Positions 53,107 through 61,637 of a stretch of 64,000 nt of DNA are shown here, one piece after another. The number at the start of each line of letters is the position of its first letter. The first letter of the stretch is position 1. The DNA is from an uncultured bacterium (GTDB taxonomy: Bacteria > Auribacterota > Erginobacteria > Erginobacterales > CAZKCI01), in NCBI GenBank assembly GCA_964551475.1, contig CAZKCI010000013.1:1017-65016 (forward strand), in the 5' to 3' direction. A program made the translations under genes and the position numbers. The notes beneath the pieces were generated by a model. That model was not told the origin of the DNA and searched no databases. It saw only the letters and a list, made by a program, of their open reading frames with translations.

Positions 53107-54585
53107 ATGAACCCAGCCGCGAGCGGCGGGTCGGCCACCGCCGGCCTCTTCCTCACCGTCATCTTCGCCCTGATCCTCATCGTCATCCTCACCACGATCC
53201 TCCGGCGCTACAAGAGGTGCCCCTCCAACAAGATCCTGGTCATCTACGGGAAGACCGCCGGCGGCGCCTCCCGCTGCATCCACGGCGGGGCGGCCTTCAT
53301 CTGGCCCCTGATCCAGGCCTACGACTACCTGGACCTGGAGCCCTTCGTCGTCCCCATCGACCTCTCCAACGCCCTCTCCCAGGAGAACATCCGGGTCAGC
53401 GTGCCGACCACGGTCACCGCCGCGATCTCCAACGAAGCCGGGATCATGCAGAACGCGGCCATCCGCCTCCTGGGACTCTCCGCCCAGCAGATCCAGACGC
53501 TGGCCCAGGACATCATCATCGGCCAGATGCGCGCCATCATCGCCACGATGAAGATCGTGGACATCAACCGCGACCGCCAGGCCTTCATGGCCAAGGTCAA
53601 CGAAGCGGTCGCGGTGGAGCTCGAGAAGATCGGGTTGGCGGTGATCAACGTCAACATCCGCGACCTGGACGACGAGTCGGGCTACATCAAGGCGATCGGG
53701 CGCCAGGCCGCCGCCGAGGCGGTCAACCAGGCCAACATCGACGTCGCCGAACAGGACAAACTCGGCCAAATGGGCGTGGCGACGCGCCAGCGCGACCAGC
53801 GGATCGCCGTGGCCGCGGCCACCGCCGACGCGCAAGTGGGCGAGGCGAACGCCGACCGCTCCAAGCGCCAGCAAGTGGCCAAGCTCGACGCCGAGGCGGT
53901 GCAGTCGGAGACCGTGGCCAACGCCAACAAGGCCTCCTACCACGCCAACCAGAAGGTGGCCGAGGAGGAAGCCCGCAACCGGGGGGAGTCCGCCGCCCGC
54001 GAGGCCTCCGGGGCCATCCGTGTCGCGCAGGAGATCGCCGAGAAGAAGGCCGAAGACGCCAAGGCGCTGCGCGAGCAGTCGCGCTTGAACGCCGAGGTCG
54101 TCGTCCCCGCCGACGCGGCCAGGAAACGCCTGATCATCGAATCCGAGGCCCAGCGCGACCAGTCGGTCCTGATCGCCAAGGGACAGGCCGACGCCCTTCT
54201 CGCCAAGATGACCGCGGAAGGGAAGGGACAGCAGGCGGTCCTCGACGGCAAGGCCGAAGGCTACCGCAACCTGGTCCAGTCGGCGGGTGAGCCCCAGATG
54301 GCCGCCTCCCTCCTCCTGATCGAGAAGCTTGTCGAGATCGCCCACATCCAGGCCCAGGCGATCCAGGACCTGCCCATCCAGAAGATCGTCGTCTGGGACG
54401 GCGGCGGAGAGGCGGGCGGGATGTCGAACCTGGGCAAGAAGCTGATGGGCGTGCTCCCCCCCATGCACGAGCTCGCCAAGCAGGTCGGCCTCGATCTCCC
54501 CGAGTATTTAGGAAAGCTCACGGAGGAGGCGAAGAAATCTAGCGGCCAGCAGCCGCCCAAAGGGAAGGGCGAAGGGGCGAAATAG
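53107..54585 (+). CDS. flotillin-like SPFH/band-7 protein
   Basis: N-terminal TM, SPFH domain, long Ala/Glu/Gln-rich coiled-coil C-terminus. Confidence 0.85.
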   Translation: MNPAASGGSATAGLFLTVIFALILIVILTTILRRYKRCPSNKILVIYGKTAGGASRCIHGGAAFIWPLIQAYDYLDLEPFVVPIDLSNALSQENIRVSVPTTVTAAISNEAGIMQNAAIRLLGLSAQQIQTLAQDIIIGQMRAIIATMKIVDINRDRQAFMAKVNEAVAVELEKIGLAVINVNIRDLDDESGYIKAIGRQAAAEAVNQANIDVAEQDKLGQMGVATRQRDQRIAVAAATADAQVGEANADRSKRQQVAKLDAEAVQSETVANANKASYHANQKVAEEEARNRGESAAREASGAIRVAQEIAEKKAEDAKALREQSRLNAEVVVPADAARKRLIIESEAQRDQSVLIAKGQADALLAKMTAEGKGQQAVLDGKAEGYRNLVQSAGEPQMAASLLLIEKLVEIAHIQAQAIQDLPIQKIVVWDGGGEAGGMSNLGKKLMGVLPPMHELAKQVGLDLPEYLGKLTEEAKKSSGQQPPKGKGEGAK

Positions 54586-54589
54586 GAGG

Positions 54590-54665
54590 ACGGTTCAAGA
54601 CGTTGAAATCGTTGAAGACGTTGAAATCGATGAAGCCGTTGAAGCCGTTGAAGCAGATGGAACGT
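54590..54665. repeat. tandem 18-bp (GACGTTGAAATCGTTGAA) x2 and 9-bp (GCCGTTGAA) x2 direct repeats
   Basis: Read directly from the sequence after the flotillin stop. Confidence 0.55.
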
Positions 54666-54681
54666 CCTTCGATGCTTTTCG

Positions 54682-54741
54682 TTTTGTAGCGTCGCCTCTC
54701 CAGAGGGACGGCGTCGTCACGGGAGTGACGACGCTACAAAA
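54682..54741. other. palindromic structured element TTTTGTAGCGTCG...CGACGCTACAAAA with an alternative inner hairpin GTCGTCAC-GGGA-GTGACGAC
   Basis: 13-bp outer arms and 8-bp inner arms share the CGAC bases, so the two foldings are mutually exclusive; no U-run after the stem. Confidence 0.4.
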
Positions 54742-54801
54742 GGCACTCGGATTTTGTTGTAGGCCGGAACTGCGTTCCGGCGCGGGTTAAGAAGGCGAAG
54801 A

Positions 54802-57708
54802 GTGAAGACTGCGATGATCCCCGCCGTGTTCCTGGTCGCTCTTCTCGTCGTCAGCCTTGCTCCTGCCGCGCCGGCGCCCGCTCCTTCCGCTTCCCCCGCC
54901 CTCGCCGCGCTGGAGGTCGAGATCCTCTCCCCCCTGGGCAAACCCATCCCCCGGGGCAAGGCGGTCCTCTTCTCGATCCAGACCGGGGAGGACCTCCCGC
55001 CCTGCGCGGGCTACCAGGAGCTCCCGGCGGTCGAGTTCTCCGAGGGGAAGCTGGCCCAGGACCTCCCGTCCGGACTCTATCGCCTGGAGATCGTCGCCGA
55101 CGGCTGGCAGGGGGCGGTGGAGGAGGAGCTGGCCCTTTCGCCCGGAGAGAAGAAGAAAGTCCCGCTCCGCCTGGAGCCGGGTTTCGTTATCGCCGGACAG
55201 GTGACCGACGAGGGCGGCCTCCCCCTGGCCGGGGCGTCGGTTTCCGTGAGTTTCCGAGGGAAAGGGCGCACCTGGTTCATGTCGGACGCGGAACAAGCGA
55301 CGACCGATGGGGACGGCCGCTTCCGTCTCTCCAGCCTCGCCGAGGGGCTTCATCGGGTGAAGGCGTCGATGGAGGGGCGGGTGGGGGTTTCGCTCGACGA
55401 CGTCGCCACCGGGGCCGAGGACCTCGCCCTGGTATTGAAAAAAGGATGGACGATCAAGGGCCGACTGGCCGGCTTTCCCCCCGGCTTGAGCCAGGAGCTG
55501 GAAGTGGATCTCAAGCGGGACCGGTCGTACGACTACAAGCGGATGACCTGCGACGGGGAGGGGAATTTCGCCCTCAACGACCTCGAGAACGGCACGTACG
55601 ACATCAGGATCCACGGCGATGAATGGGTCTCCGACTGGTCGCGCCAGGTCAAAGCCGAGGAGGAAAGCCGGGCCCGGCCGATCGCGATCGAAGTCTTCAA
55701 GGCGGCGAAGATATCGGGGCGTGTGATCGATTCGCGGACCGGCGAAATCATTCGAAACGCATACCTCAAGCTCGGCCAGGACGATTTGACCTGGCCGAGC
55801 ATCGCCTCCCGGCGCGACGACACGGGGGAATACACCTTCTTCTCGCTCCTTCCGGGCGCTTACGACCTGCGGGTGTCGATGGACTTCTCTTTCGATAAGC
55901 CGCTTGCCTCCCGGGAGGTGGCCGTCAAGGCCGGAGAAGAGTTGAAGGGAGTCGACTTCCGGATCGACCCGGGGCGAAAGGCGTCCATCAGCGGGACGAC
56001 GATGGACGAGAGGGGAGAGCCCGTGGCCGGAGCCAAAGTCCGCCTCTATTCCCGCGAGGCCGGGGCGAAGGGCGGACGGATGCAGATGGCGGGAGAGGCG
56101 GCGGAAGCGGACGCGGCCGGTGATTTCCTGGTCGCGGACTATATCTCCCGCGCCACCGAGTTCGTCCTCTCCGCCGAGAAGGACGGCTTCGCCCCCGCCC
56201 GGAGCGATCCCCTCGTCCTCTCACCCGACTCCCCCTCCGCCGCCGGCGCGGTTCTGGTCTTCGACGCCGGCCTTTCCTTCGAGGTCGAGGTTTCGGACGC
56301 GGAGGGGATGCCCGTGTACCAGGCCCGGGTCGAGCTGGAAAAGGACTCCGTCCGGGACGGCAACCGCTCTGATTGGGCCTCGCCCTTTTTTCGGGAGAAG
56401 AAGCTCGCCGACGCCCACGGCCGCTGCCTTTTCGACCACCTCGCCCCCCTCCCCTATTCCCTGACCGTGAACCGGAAGGGTTTCGTCGAGCACACGGAGA
56501 AGGTGACCTTCGCCCCCGGCGAGACCGGGAAAAAGGTGGCGGTGGCGCTCCAGGCGGGGAGAGCGGTGACCGTCACGGTTGCGGACGCCGCCGGCGAGCC
56601 GATCGCCGGGGCCCGTGTCTCCGCCGCCGCGGAAGACGACAGGAAGTCCGTGCTCTACCTGAGCCAACGGTCCGGACACGAGACTGACGCGGCGGGCGTC
56701 TGCCGGATCGAGAACCTCCCCGCCGGACCCTTGCGGGTTTCGGTTTCGGCGGAGGGGTATGTCGCCTTGACCAGAATCCGTGTCGCTCCGGATGAGGAAT
56801 CGGCCGCGGTGGTCCTGGCGGCGGGAGGGGCGATCGCCGGGCGGGCCCTGACCGCCGAGGGGAACCCCCCGAAATGGGTACACGCCAGCGCCCAGAAGAA
56901 GAGGGAGGACCCCTTCGACTTCGGCTTCCAAGGCGGCGAGAAGCGGGATTTGGGCGAGGGGCGTTTCCGGATCGAAGGCCTGGAGCCCGGTCCCTACGAT
57001 CTCGTCGTCGACGCGGACGGCTGGGGACGGAAGACGATCGGCGGACTGGTGGTCCAAGCCGGGGAGACGGCCGAGGCGGGCGAGTTCCGCCTCGAGCCGG
57101 AGGCTCTTCTCTCCGGGACGGTCCTCGACCCGGCTCTGCAGCCGCTGGGCAAGGCCATGGCCTCGCTCAAGGGCCCCCTCTCCTCCCGCTTCTTCGCCGC
57201 CGCCGACGACGACACCGGCCGCTTCGAACTGGGGAGGCTCCCCGCGGGGAACTACACGCTGACCGTCTCCGCCCCGAACTGCCGGCGCGAGGAGATCGCC
57301 GGGATCTCACTCTCCGCCGGGGAGAAGAAGGAGTTCCCCCCGGTCGTCCTCAGGGATCTGACGCCGGAGGAGAAGGAGCAGGAGAAGGCGCGGAACCGTT
57401 TCCTCCCCTCCCTCGGCATCGCCTGGGCGGACTCCTCGTTCAACAAGAGCGGAGGGTTCCCGGTGGGCGAGGTGAAGAGCGGATCGGCCGCCGAGAAGGC
57501 CGGCATCCGTCCCGGTGACACCATCGTCCAGGTCGACGGGAAGGATTTCGCGGAAGACCCGGGGGCTTTCTGGCGCGGGATCTTCGCCCGGCCGGGGACC
57601 AAGGTCAAGCTCACGGTCCGGCGCAAAGAGGGTGGGGCGACCGACGAGGTCGAGATCGTCATGCCCCCGTGGGATTACGACGAGATGATCCGGAAGATGG
57701 AGTTCTGA
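54802..57708 (+). CDS. large secreted protein with multiple carboxypeptidase-regulatory-like (CarbopepD_reg/Cna-B-like) beta-sandwich repeats and C-terminal PDZ domain
   Basis: Signal peptide; recurring (I/V)(A/S)G(R/Q)V.D..G.P(L/V)AGA.V motif; PDZ GFPVGEVKSGSAAEKAGIRPGDTIVQVDG. Confidence 0.75.
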   Translation: MKTAMIPAVFLVALLVVSLAPAAPAPAPSASPALAALEVEILSPLGKPIPRGKAVLFSIQTGEDLPPCAGYQELPAVEFSEGKLAQDLPSGLYRLEIVADGWQGAVEEELALSPGEKKKVPLRLEPGFVIAGQVTDEGGLPLAGASVSVSFRGKGRTWFMSDAEQATTDGDGRFRLSSLAEGLHRVKASMEGRVGVSLDDVATGAEDLALVLKKGWTIKGRLAGFPPGLSQELEVDLKRDRSYDYKRMTCDGEGNFALNDLENGTYDIRIHGDEWVSDWSRQVKAEEESRARPIAIEVFKAAKISGRVIDSRTGEIIRNAYLKLGQDDLTWPSIASRRDDTGEYTFFSLLPGAYDLRVSMDFSFDKPLASREVAVKAGEELKGVDFRIDPGRKASISGTTMDERGEPVAGAKVRLYSREAGAKGGRMQMAGEAAEADAAGDFLVADYISRATEFVLSAEKDGFAPARSDPLVLSPDSPSAAGAVLVFDAGLSFEVEVSDAEGMPVYQARVELEKDSVRDGNRSDWASPFFREKKLADAHGRCLFDHLAPLPYSLTVNRKGFVEHTEKVTFAPGETGKKVAVALQAGRAVTVTVADAAGEPIAGARVSAAAEDDRKSVLYLSQRSGHETDAAGVCRIENLPAGPLRVSVSAEGYVALTRIRVAPDEESAAVVLAAGGAIAGRALTAEGNPPKWVHASAQKKREDPFDFGFQGGEKRDLGEGRFRIEGLEPGPYDLVVDADGWGRKTIGGLVVQAGETAEAGEFRLEPEALLSGTVLDPALQPLGKAMASLKGPLSSRFFAAADDDTGRFELGRLPAGNYTLTVSAPNCRREEIAGISLSAGEKKEFPPVVLRDLTPEEKEQEKARNRFLPSLGIAWADSSFNKSGGFPVGEVKSGSAAEKAGIRPGDTIVQVDGKDFAEDPGAFWRGIFARPGTKVKLTVRRKEGGATDEVEIVMPPWDYDEMIRKMEF

Positions 57709-57795
57709 TCGCAGGGAATTTCACATATAGGCATAGAGGGCATGAAGGAGATGATGATCGGTTACTGATTACTTCTTCTTCTGTTACTTCTTCCC

Positions 57796-57900
57796 TGTGG
57801 GAGGGGCATTCCTGCCTGCCCCGATTACGATTACATGTATATAAAAATCGGGGCCCCGATCCAGGCCGTCCCGGATCGCGGCGGGGACGCCGCTCCCACA
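57796..57900. repeat. REP-like element: variant half-copy (TGTGGGAGGGGCATTCCTGCC...) followed by full 3' half (...CCCGATCCAGGCCGTCCCGGATCGCGGCGGGGACGCCGCTCCCACA)
   Basis: Matches copies A/B/D. Confidence 0.65.
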
Positions 57901-57960
57901 AAACGACAGTGATCAGTAATCAGTCATCAGTGATCAGTAACTGATCACTGTTTACTGATC
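57901..57960. repeat. TGATCAGT / ACTGATCA palindromic short-repeat array between two REP-like copies
   Basis: agtgatcagtaatcagtcatcagtgatcagtaactgatcactgtttactgatcactg. Confidence 0.55.
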
Positions 57961-57985
57961 ACTGCTTTTTCTTTTACTGGTTCTT

Positions 57986-58049
57986 GTGGGAGGGCCGTCT
58001 CGGCCCGATCCAAGCCGTCCCGGATCGCGGCGGGGACGCCGCTCCCACA
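57986..58049. repeat. REP-like palindromic element copy D
   Basis: GTGGGAGGGCCGTCTCGGCCCGATCCAAGCCGTCCCGGATCGCGGCGGGGACGCCGCTCCCAC. Confidence 0.7.
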
Positions 58050-58153
58050 ATGGACTAAGATAACCTTCCCCCCTTCCCCCGCCGCATCTGGACACCCCGG
58101 ATAGACTATGCTATTATAGATGGGTTGCTAACGCACGGATAAGGAGGCAAGAG

Positions 58154-59476
58154 ATGAGAAAGATACTGATCAGCGCCATCGTGTCCATCGCCATGGTGAT
58201 CGCCGCGTCGCCGGCGAAGAGCGAGCCTTTCGACATTCAGTCCGCGATCGACCGGGCCAACCCGGGCGACGTGATCCAGGTCCCGGCCGGCGCCTACCAG
58301 GGCAACTACAAGATGCGGGACGGCGTGGTTCTCTCCGGCGCCGGCGCCTCCTCCACCGTTCTCGACGGGAACCTGATGGGCCCCGTGATCGACGGCGCGG
58401 ACGGGGCGATCGTCAAAGGTTTCACCGTCACCCGCGGCGTCGAGGGGATCAAGACCAACGGCCACCTGATGGGCGTCTTCAACTGCGTCGTGGCCGGGAA
58501 CGCCGGCGTGGGCATCTGCACCGGCGGGGGCGACGCGGTCATTGTCAACAACGTCGTCCGCGACAACCAGGGCAAGGCCGGCATCGAGGCCTCCCGCTCC
58601 TACATCCTCGCCTCCAACAACACGATCTGCGGGAACACGGCGGGCGTGATGTTCTGGAACACGCCGTCCGCGAAGCTCGCGAACAACATCCTGGCCCTGA
58701 ACGGGGCGGGCCTTCTCCTCGAAACCTCGACGCCGGAGATCGACAACAACGATTTCTGGTCGAACACCCGGGACTTCGACCCCTCCCCGGTCGGAGGGCG
58801 TTGCCTCTACGACAACCCCCTCTTCGCCGGCATCGATCTCCGCGACTTCAGCCTGCCCGAGGAATCGCCGCTCCGGACGCTGGGGACGCCGGTGGAGGGC
58901 ATCCCCGCCGAACTTGCCGCCCGCGTCGGCGCCGACCTCTCGTACGAGGTCGATGTCGCGCTCGGCCAGTCACTGGTGGAAACGGTCCGGGCCAAGAGAG
59001 GCGCCGCGGTCTCCTCCATCCTCTATGAACTCTCCGACCGCGTCGGCTCCTTCCTGGTCACGGTGAAGTCGAGCCGCGCTGCCTTCAAGATCACCTCTTC
59101 CGCGCCGTCCACGGCGATCGACCAGGTCAGCGCCTTCGATGCCGTGAGCAACGAGGACCTATTGAACAGCCTGACCGGCGAGACGCCCGCCTCGGTGGAT
59201 ATCCGGGGCGTCGAGGGGAAAAGCTACGTCGAGCAGGACGGGCGCTACGTGATGGAGTCCGTCTTCTCCGACCCCGCCTCGTATTTCGAGGACGCCGGCG
59301 CCCTGAATTTTGTCCGGAAGACCAACCTCGGCCATATCGCCGTCGCCATCCCCGAGGGATGCTCGGTGGCGAGCGCCTCCCCGTCGGGCTCGGTCGATCT
59401 CGAGAAGGGGGTTGTCACCTTCGAGAATCCGAAGGGGGAGAACATCGAGATCAAACTGGTCTTCTCCTGCCGCTGA
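58154..59476 (+). CDS. secreted right-handed parallel beta-helix repeat protein (pectin-lyase fold / NosD-like)
   Basis: Signal peptide; periodic N-x-(V/I)-x-x-N / GxxG beta-helix rungs (VVAGNAGVGICTGGGDAVIVNNVVRDNQG...). Confidence 0.7.
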   Translation: MRKILISAIVSIAMVIAASPAKSEPFDIQSAIDRANPGDVIQVPAGAYQGNYKMRDGVVLSGAGASSTVLDGNLMGPVIDGADGAIVKGFTVTRGVEGIKTNGHLMGVFNCVVAGNAGVGICTGGGDAVIVNNVVRDNQGKAGIEASRSYILASNNTICGNTAGVMFWNTPSAKLANNILALNGAGLLLETSTPEIDNNDFWSNTRDFDPSPVGGRCLYDNPLFAGIDLRDFSLPEESPLRTLGTPVEGIPAELAARVGADLSYEVDVALGQSLVETVRAKRGAAVSSILYELSDRVGSFLVTVKSSRAAFKITSSAPSTAIDQVSAFDAVSNEDLLNSLTGETPASVDIRGVEGKSYVEQDGRYVMESVFSDPASYFEDAGALNFVRKTNLGHIAVAIPEGCSVASASPSGSVDLEKGVVTFENPKGENIEIKLVFSCR

Positions 59477-59489
59477 TCTCCGTGGAGAT

Positions 59490-59574
59490 ACGCGGACCTG
59501 AAAGGTCCGCGTCTACGGATTTCAGGAGGCATGTTTTCGTAGCCGCGGACCCTTTCGGGTCCGCGGCTTTTTTC
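59490..59574 (+). terminator. tandem related hairpins (ACGCGGACC-TGAAA-GGTCCGCGT; GCCGCGGACCC-TTTC-GGGTCCGCGGC plus TTTTTT)
   Basis: The second hairpin (59542-59567) is followed by a T6 run, a canonical intrinsic terminator for the upstream gene. Confidence 0.65.
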
Positions 59575-59664
59575 ACCGGGGATGCTTGCGCTATCGCGAA
59601 GGATTCGGCTTCCTGATATGATCATCCGGAAGCCAATTCATAAAATTTCCGAAGGAAATTTTAT

Positions 59665-60570
59665 ATGTTCGACGTCGTCGGCATCGGCCGCTCCTGTATC
59701 GATCACATCGCGATCCTGAAATCGCTCCCCCGGGTGGATACCAAGGTCCCGGTCGTCCGCTATGCGATGGCGGGCGGCGGCCAGTCCTCGACCGCGATGG
59801 TCGCTCTTGCCCGCCTGGGACTGAAGACAGCCTTTGTCGGCGTGGTGGGCGACGACGCTCTGGGCGAGATGATCGTCGCCGAGCTCAAGTCCGAGGGGGT
59901 GGACACCTCGGGGGTGAAGGCGATCGCGAAAGTCCCCACGCCGGTCGCTCTCATCCTGGTCGAGGAGAAGAAGGGGACGCGGACGATCGCCTATCTCGAC
60001 AGCATGGAAGGGCGATTGAACCGGAAGACCGCCGATCTGGACGTCGTCCTCTCCTCCCGTCTCCTGATGGTCGATCCTTACGGTACGCGCCTGGCGGTGG
60101 AGATCGCCAGGGAGATCAAGGAAAGGGGGATCGTCACCGTCTACGACGCCGAGCAGGAGACGGGGGGATTCTCCCGGATGCTCTCTCTCGCCGATTATCT
60201 GGTCGCCTCGCGGGACGTCTCTTCGACGCTCGGCGCGAAGACGTCCCGGGCGGCGCTGAAAAAGCTCTATTCCTTCGGTCCCCGGGCCGCCGTGGTCACG
60301 CTGGGGAAGGGGGGGTGCATCGCCCTCTCTCCGGCCGGCTTTGTCCGCACACCGGCCTTCCGTGTCGACGTGGTCGACTCGACCGCCGCCGGCGATGCCT
60401 TCCACGCCGGTTTCGCCTACGGCGTCTTCCAGGGCTGGCCGATCGACCGGACACTGGTCTTCGCCAACGCCCTGGGCGCACTGGTCTGCCGCGGCCTGGG
60501 CGGGCGGAAGACACTGCCGACGCGGAAAGAGGCGCTGGCTTTCATCCGGCGTTCCTATCCCGCTTTCTAA
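59665..60570 (+). CDS. PfkB-family carbohydrate/nucleoside kinase (ribokinase-like)
   Basis: N-terminal GxGxxxxD and C-terminal DSTAAGDAFHAGF (DTxGAGD) motifs. Confidence 0.85.
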   Translation: MFDVVGIGRSCIDHIAILKSLPRVDTKVPVVRYAMAGGGQSSTAMVALARLGLKTAFVGVVGDDALGEMIVAELKSEGVDTSGVKAIAKVPTPVALILVEEKKGTRTIAYLDSMEGRLNRKTADLDVVLSSRLLMVDPYGTRLAVEIAREIKERGIVTVYDAEQETGGFSRMLSLADYLVASRDVSSTLGAKTSRAALKKLYSFGPRAAVVTLGKGGCIALSPAGFVRTPAFRVDVVDSTAAGDAFHAGFAYGVFQGWPIDRTLVFANALGALVCRGLGGRKTLPTRKEALAFIRRSYPAF

Positions 60571-60647
60571 CCGAAACAGGATGCATCGCCGGGGAGGGAA
60601 GCGCTGATCGCTGAGAGCTGATCGCTGCGTCTGCTTCCGCTGGTTCT

Positions 60648-60686
60648 CTGTGGGAGGGGCATTCCTGCCCCGATCCACCGACCGGC
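60648..60686. repeat. REP-like element half-copy (CTGTGGGAGGGGCATTCCTGCCCCGATCC...)
   Basis: Same variant as 57796; preceded by GCTGATCGCTG x2. Confidence 0.55.
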
Positions 60687-60707
60687 ATGTGGTAAAATAG
60701 TGACAGC

Positions 60708-61637
60708 ATGAAACAATCCGGTTTCGGGATATTCCTGGTTTCCCTGGTCGTGTCCGCGCCCGCGGCCGGCGCCGACTTCAACGGCGACGGCCTCGGCGAC
60801 ATCGCCGTCTTCCGCGCCGCCGCCGGCCTCTGGTCGGTCCGGGGACTGACCACGCTCTATTTCGGCACCGCCGGCGACCTCCCCGTCCCCGCCGACTACT
60901 CGGGAAACGGCTCCGACATCCCCGCCCTTTTCCGTCCTTCCAATGGCATGTGGGCAGTGCGGAATCTGACCCGCGTATATCACGGTTCGGCCGGTGACCG
61001 TCCCGTCCCCGGCGACTACGACGGCGACGGGGCCTTTGACTTCGCCGTTTTTCGGGAGAGCTCCGGCCTCTGGGCGGTCCGCTCCCGCACCCGTTTCTAT
61101 CATGGAATGTCCGGGGACGATCCGATTGAAGCGGGGAAATATTATCTCCGGTTCTACCTGCCAGTGACCGGCCAACAGTTCCAGCTCCATGCCGGCGATG
61201 ACGGCGACTATCGGGCCGGCTCGGACTTCGACTTCCAGACCGAGGTGATCATGGGCGATCTCGTCGTTGTGCACAGGACGACGGGCCTTATGTGGGCGTC
61301 GGAAGGGGACTGGCAGGGCTGCAACTGGGGGGTCTTCACCGACTGGGAGTCGGCGCTGGATTACTGCAACGGGCTCTACTTCGCCGGTTATGACGATTGG
61401 CGCCTGCCCAACGCCAAGGAGCTCCAGTCCATCGTCGATTTCGGCCTGAATAGCGCCGCAATAGATATGAATTATTTTCCGGAGACGATTTCCGATTATT
61501 ATTGGACATCGACAGCGTTGTATGTCGATCAGAACAACCAGGCTTGGGCTGTGGATTTCAACACCGGCGCGCTTTCTCCCCAGGATAAGTCTTTCCCCTG
61601 CCCCCTGCGCGCCGTCCGCGGCGGCCGTATCCAATGA
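60708..61637 (+). CDS. secreted protein: N-terminal FG-GAP-like repeats (VFR..GLW.VR type) plus C-terminal DUF1566 (Lcl C-terminal-like) domain
   Basis: Signal peptide; 3 repeats DIAVFRAAAGLWSVRGLTTLYFGTAGDLPVPADY...; C-terminal region resembling DUF1566 (W, C, DDWRLPNAKEL, YWTST). Confidence 0.7.
   Translation: MKQSGFGIFLVSLVVSAPAAGADFNGDGLGDIAVFRAAAGLWSVRGLTTLYFGTAGDLPVPADYSGNGSDIPALFRPSNGMWAVRNLTRVYHGSAGDRPVPGDYDGDGAFDFAVFRESSGLWAVRSRTRFYHGMSGDDPIEAGKYYLRFYLPVTGQQFQLHAGDDGDYRAGSDFDFQTEVIMGDLVVVHRTTGLMWASEGDWQGCNWGVFTDWESALDYCNGLYFAGYDDWRLPNAKELQSIVDFGLNSAAIDMNYFPETISDYYWTSTALYVDQNNQAWAVDFNTGALSPQDKSFPCPLRAVRGGRIQ

Noticed and set aside
53086-54468. 460-aa minus-strand ORF and 357-aa alternate plus-strand ORF over the flotillin gene
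   Set aside because: Both are high-GC frame artefacts. The flotillin frame has coherent SPFH and coiled-coil sequence.
57901-57960. TGATCAGT and heptamer arrays as possible CRISPR arrays
   Set aside because: Units are 7-9 bp with no unique spacers of 25-40 bp and no cas genes. They are simple-sequence or palindromic arrays.
59520-59545. AGGAGG followed by ATG TTT TCG TAG mini-ORF between two terminator hairpins
   Set aside because: SD-to-ATG spacing is 1 nt and the ORF has 3 codons. This is almost certainly coincidental.
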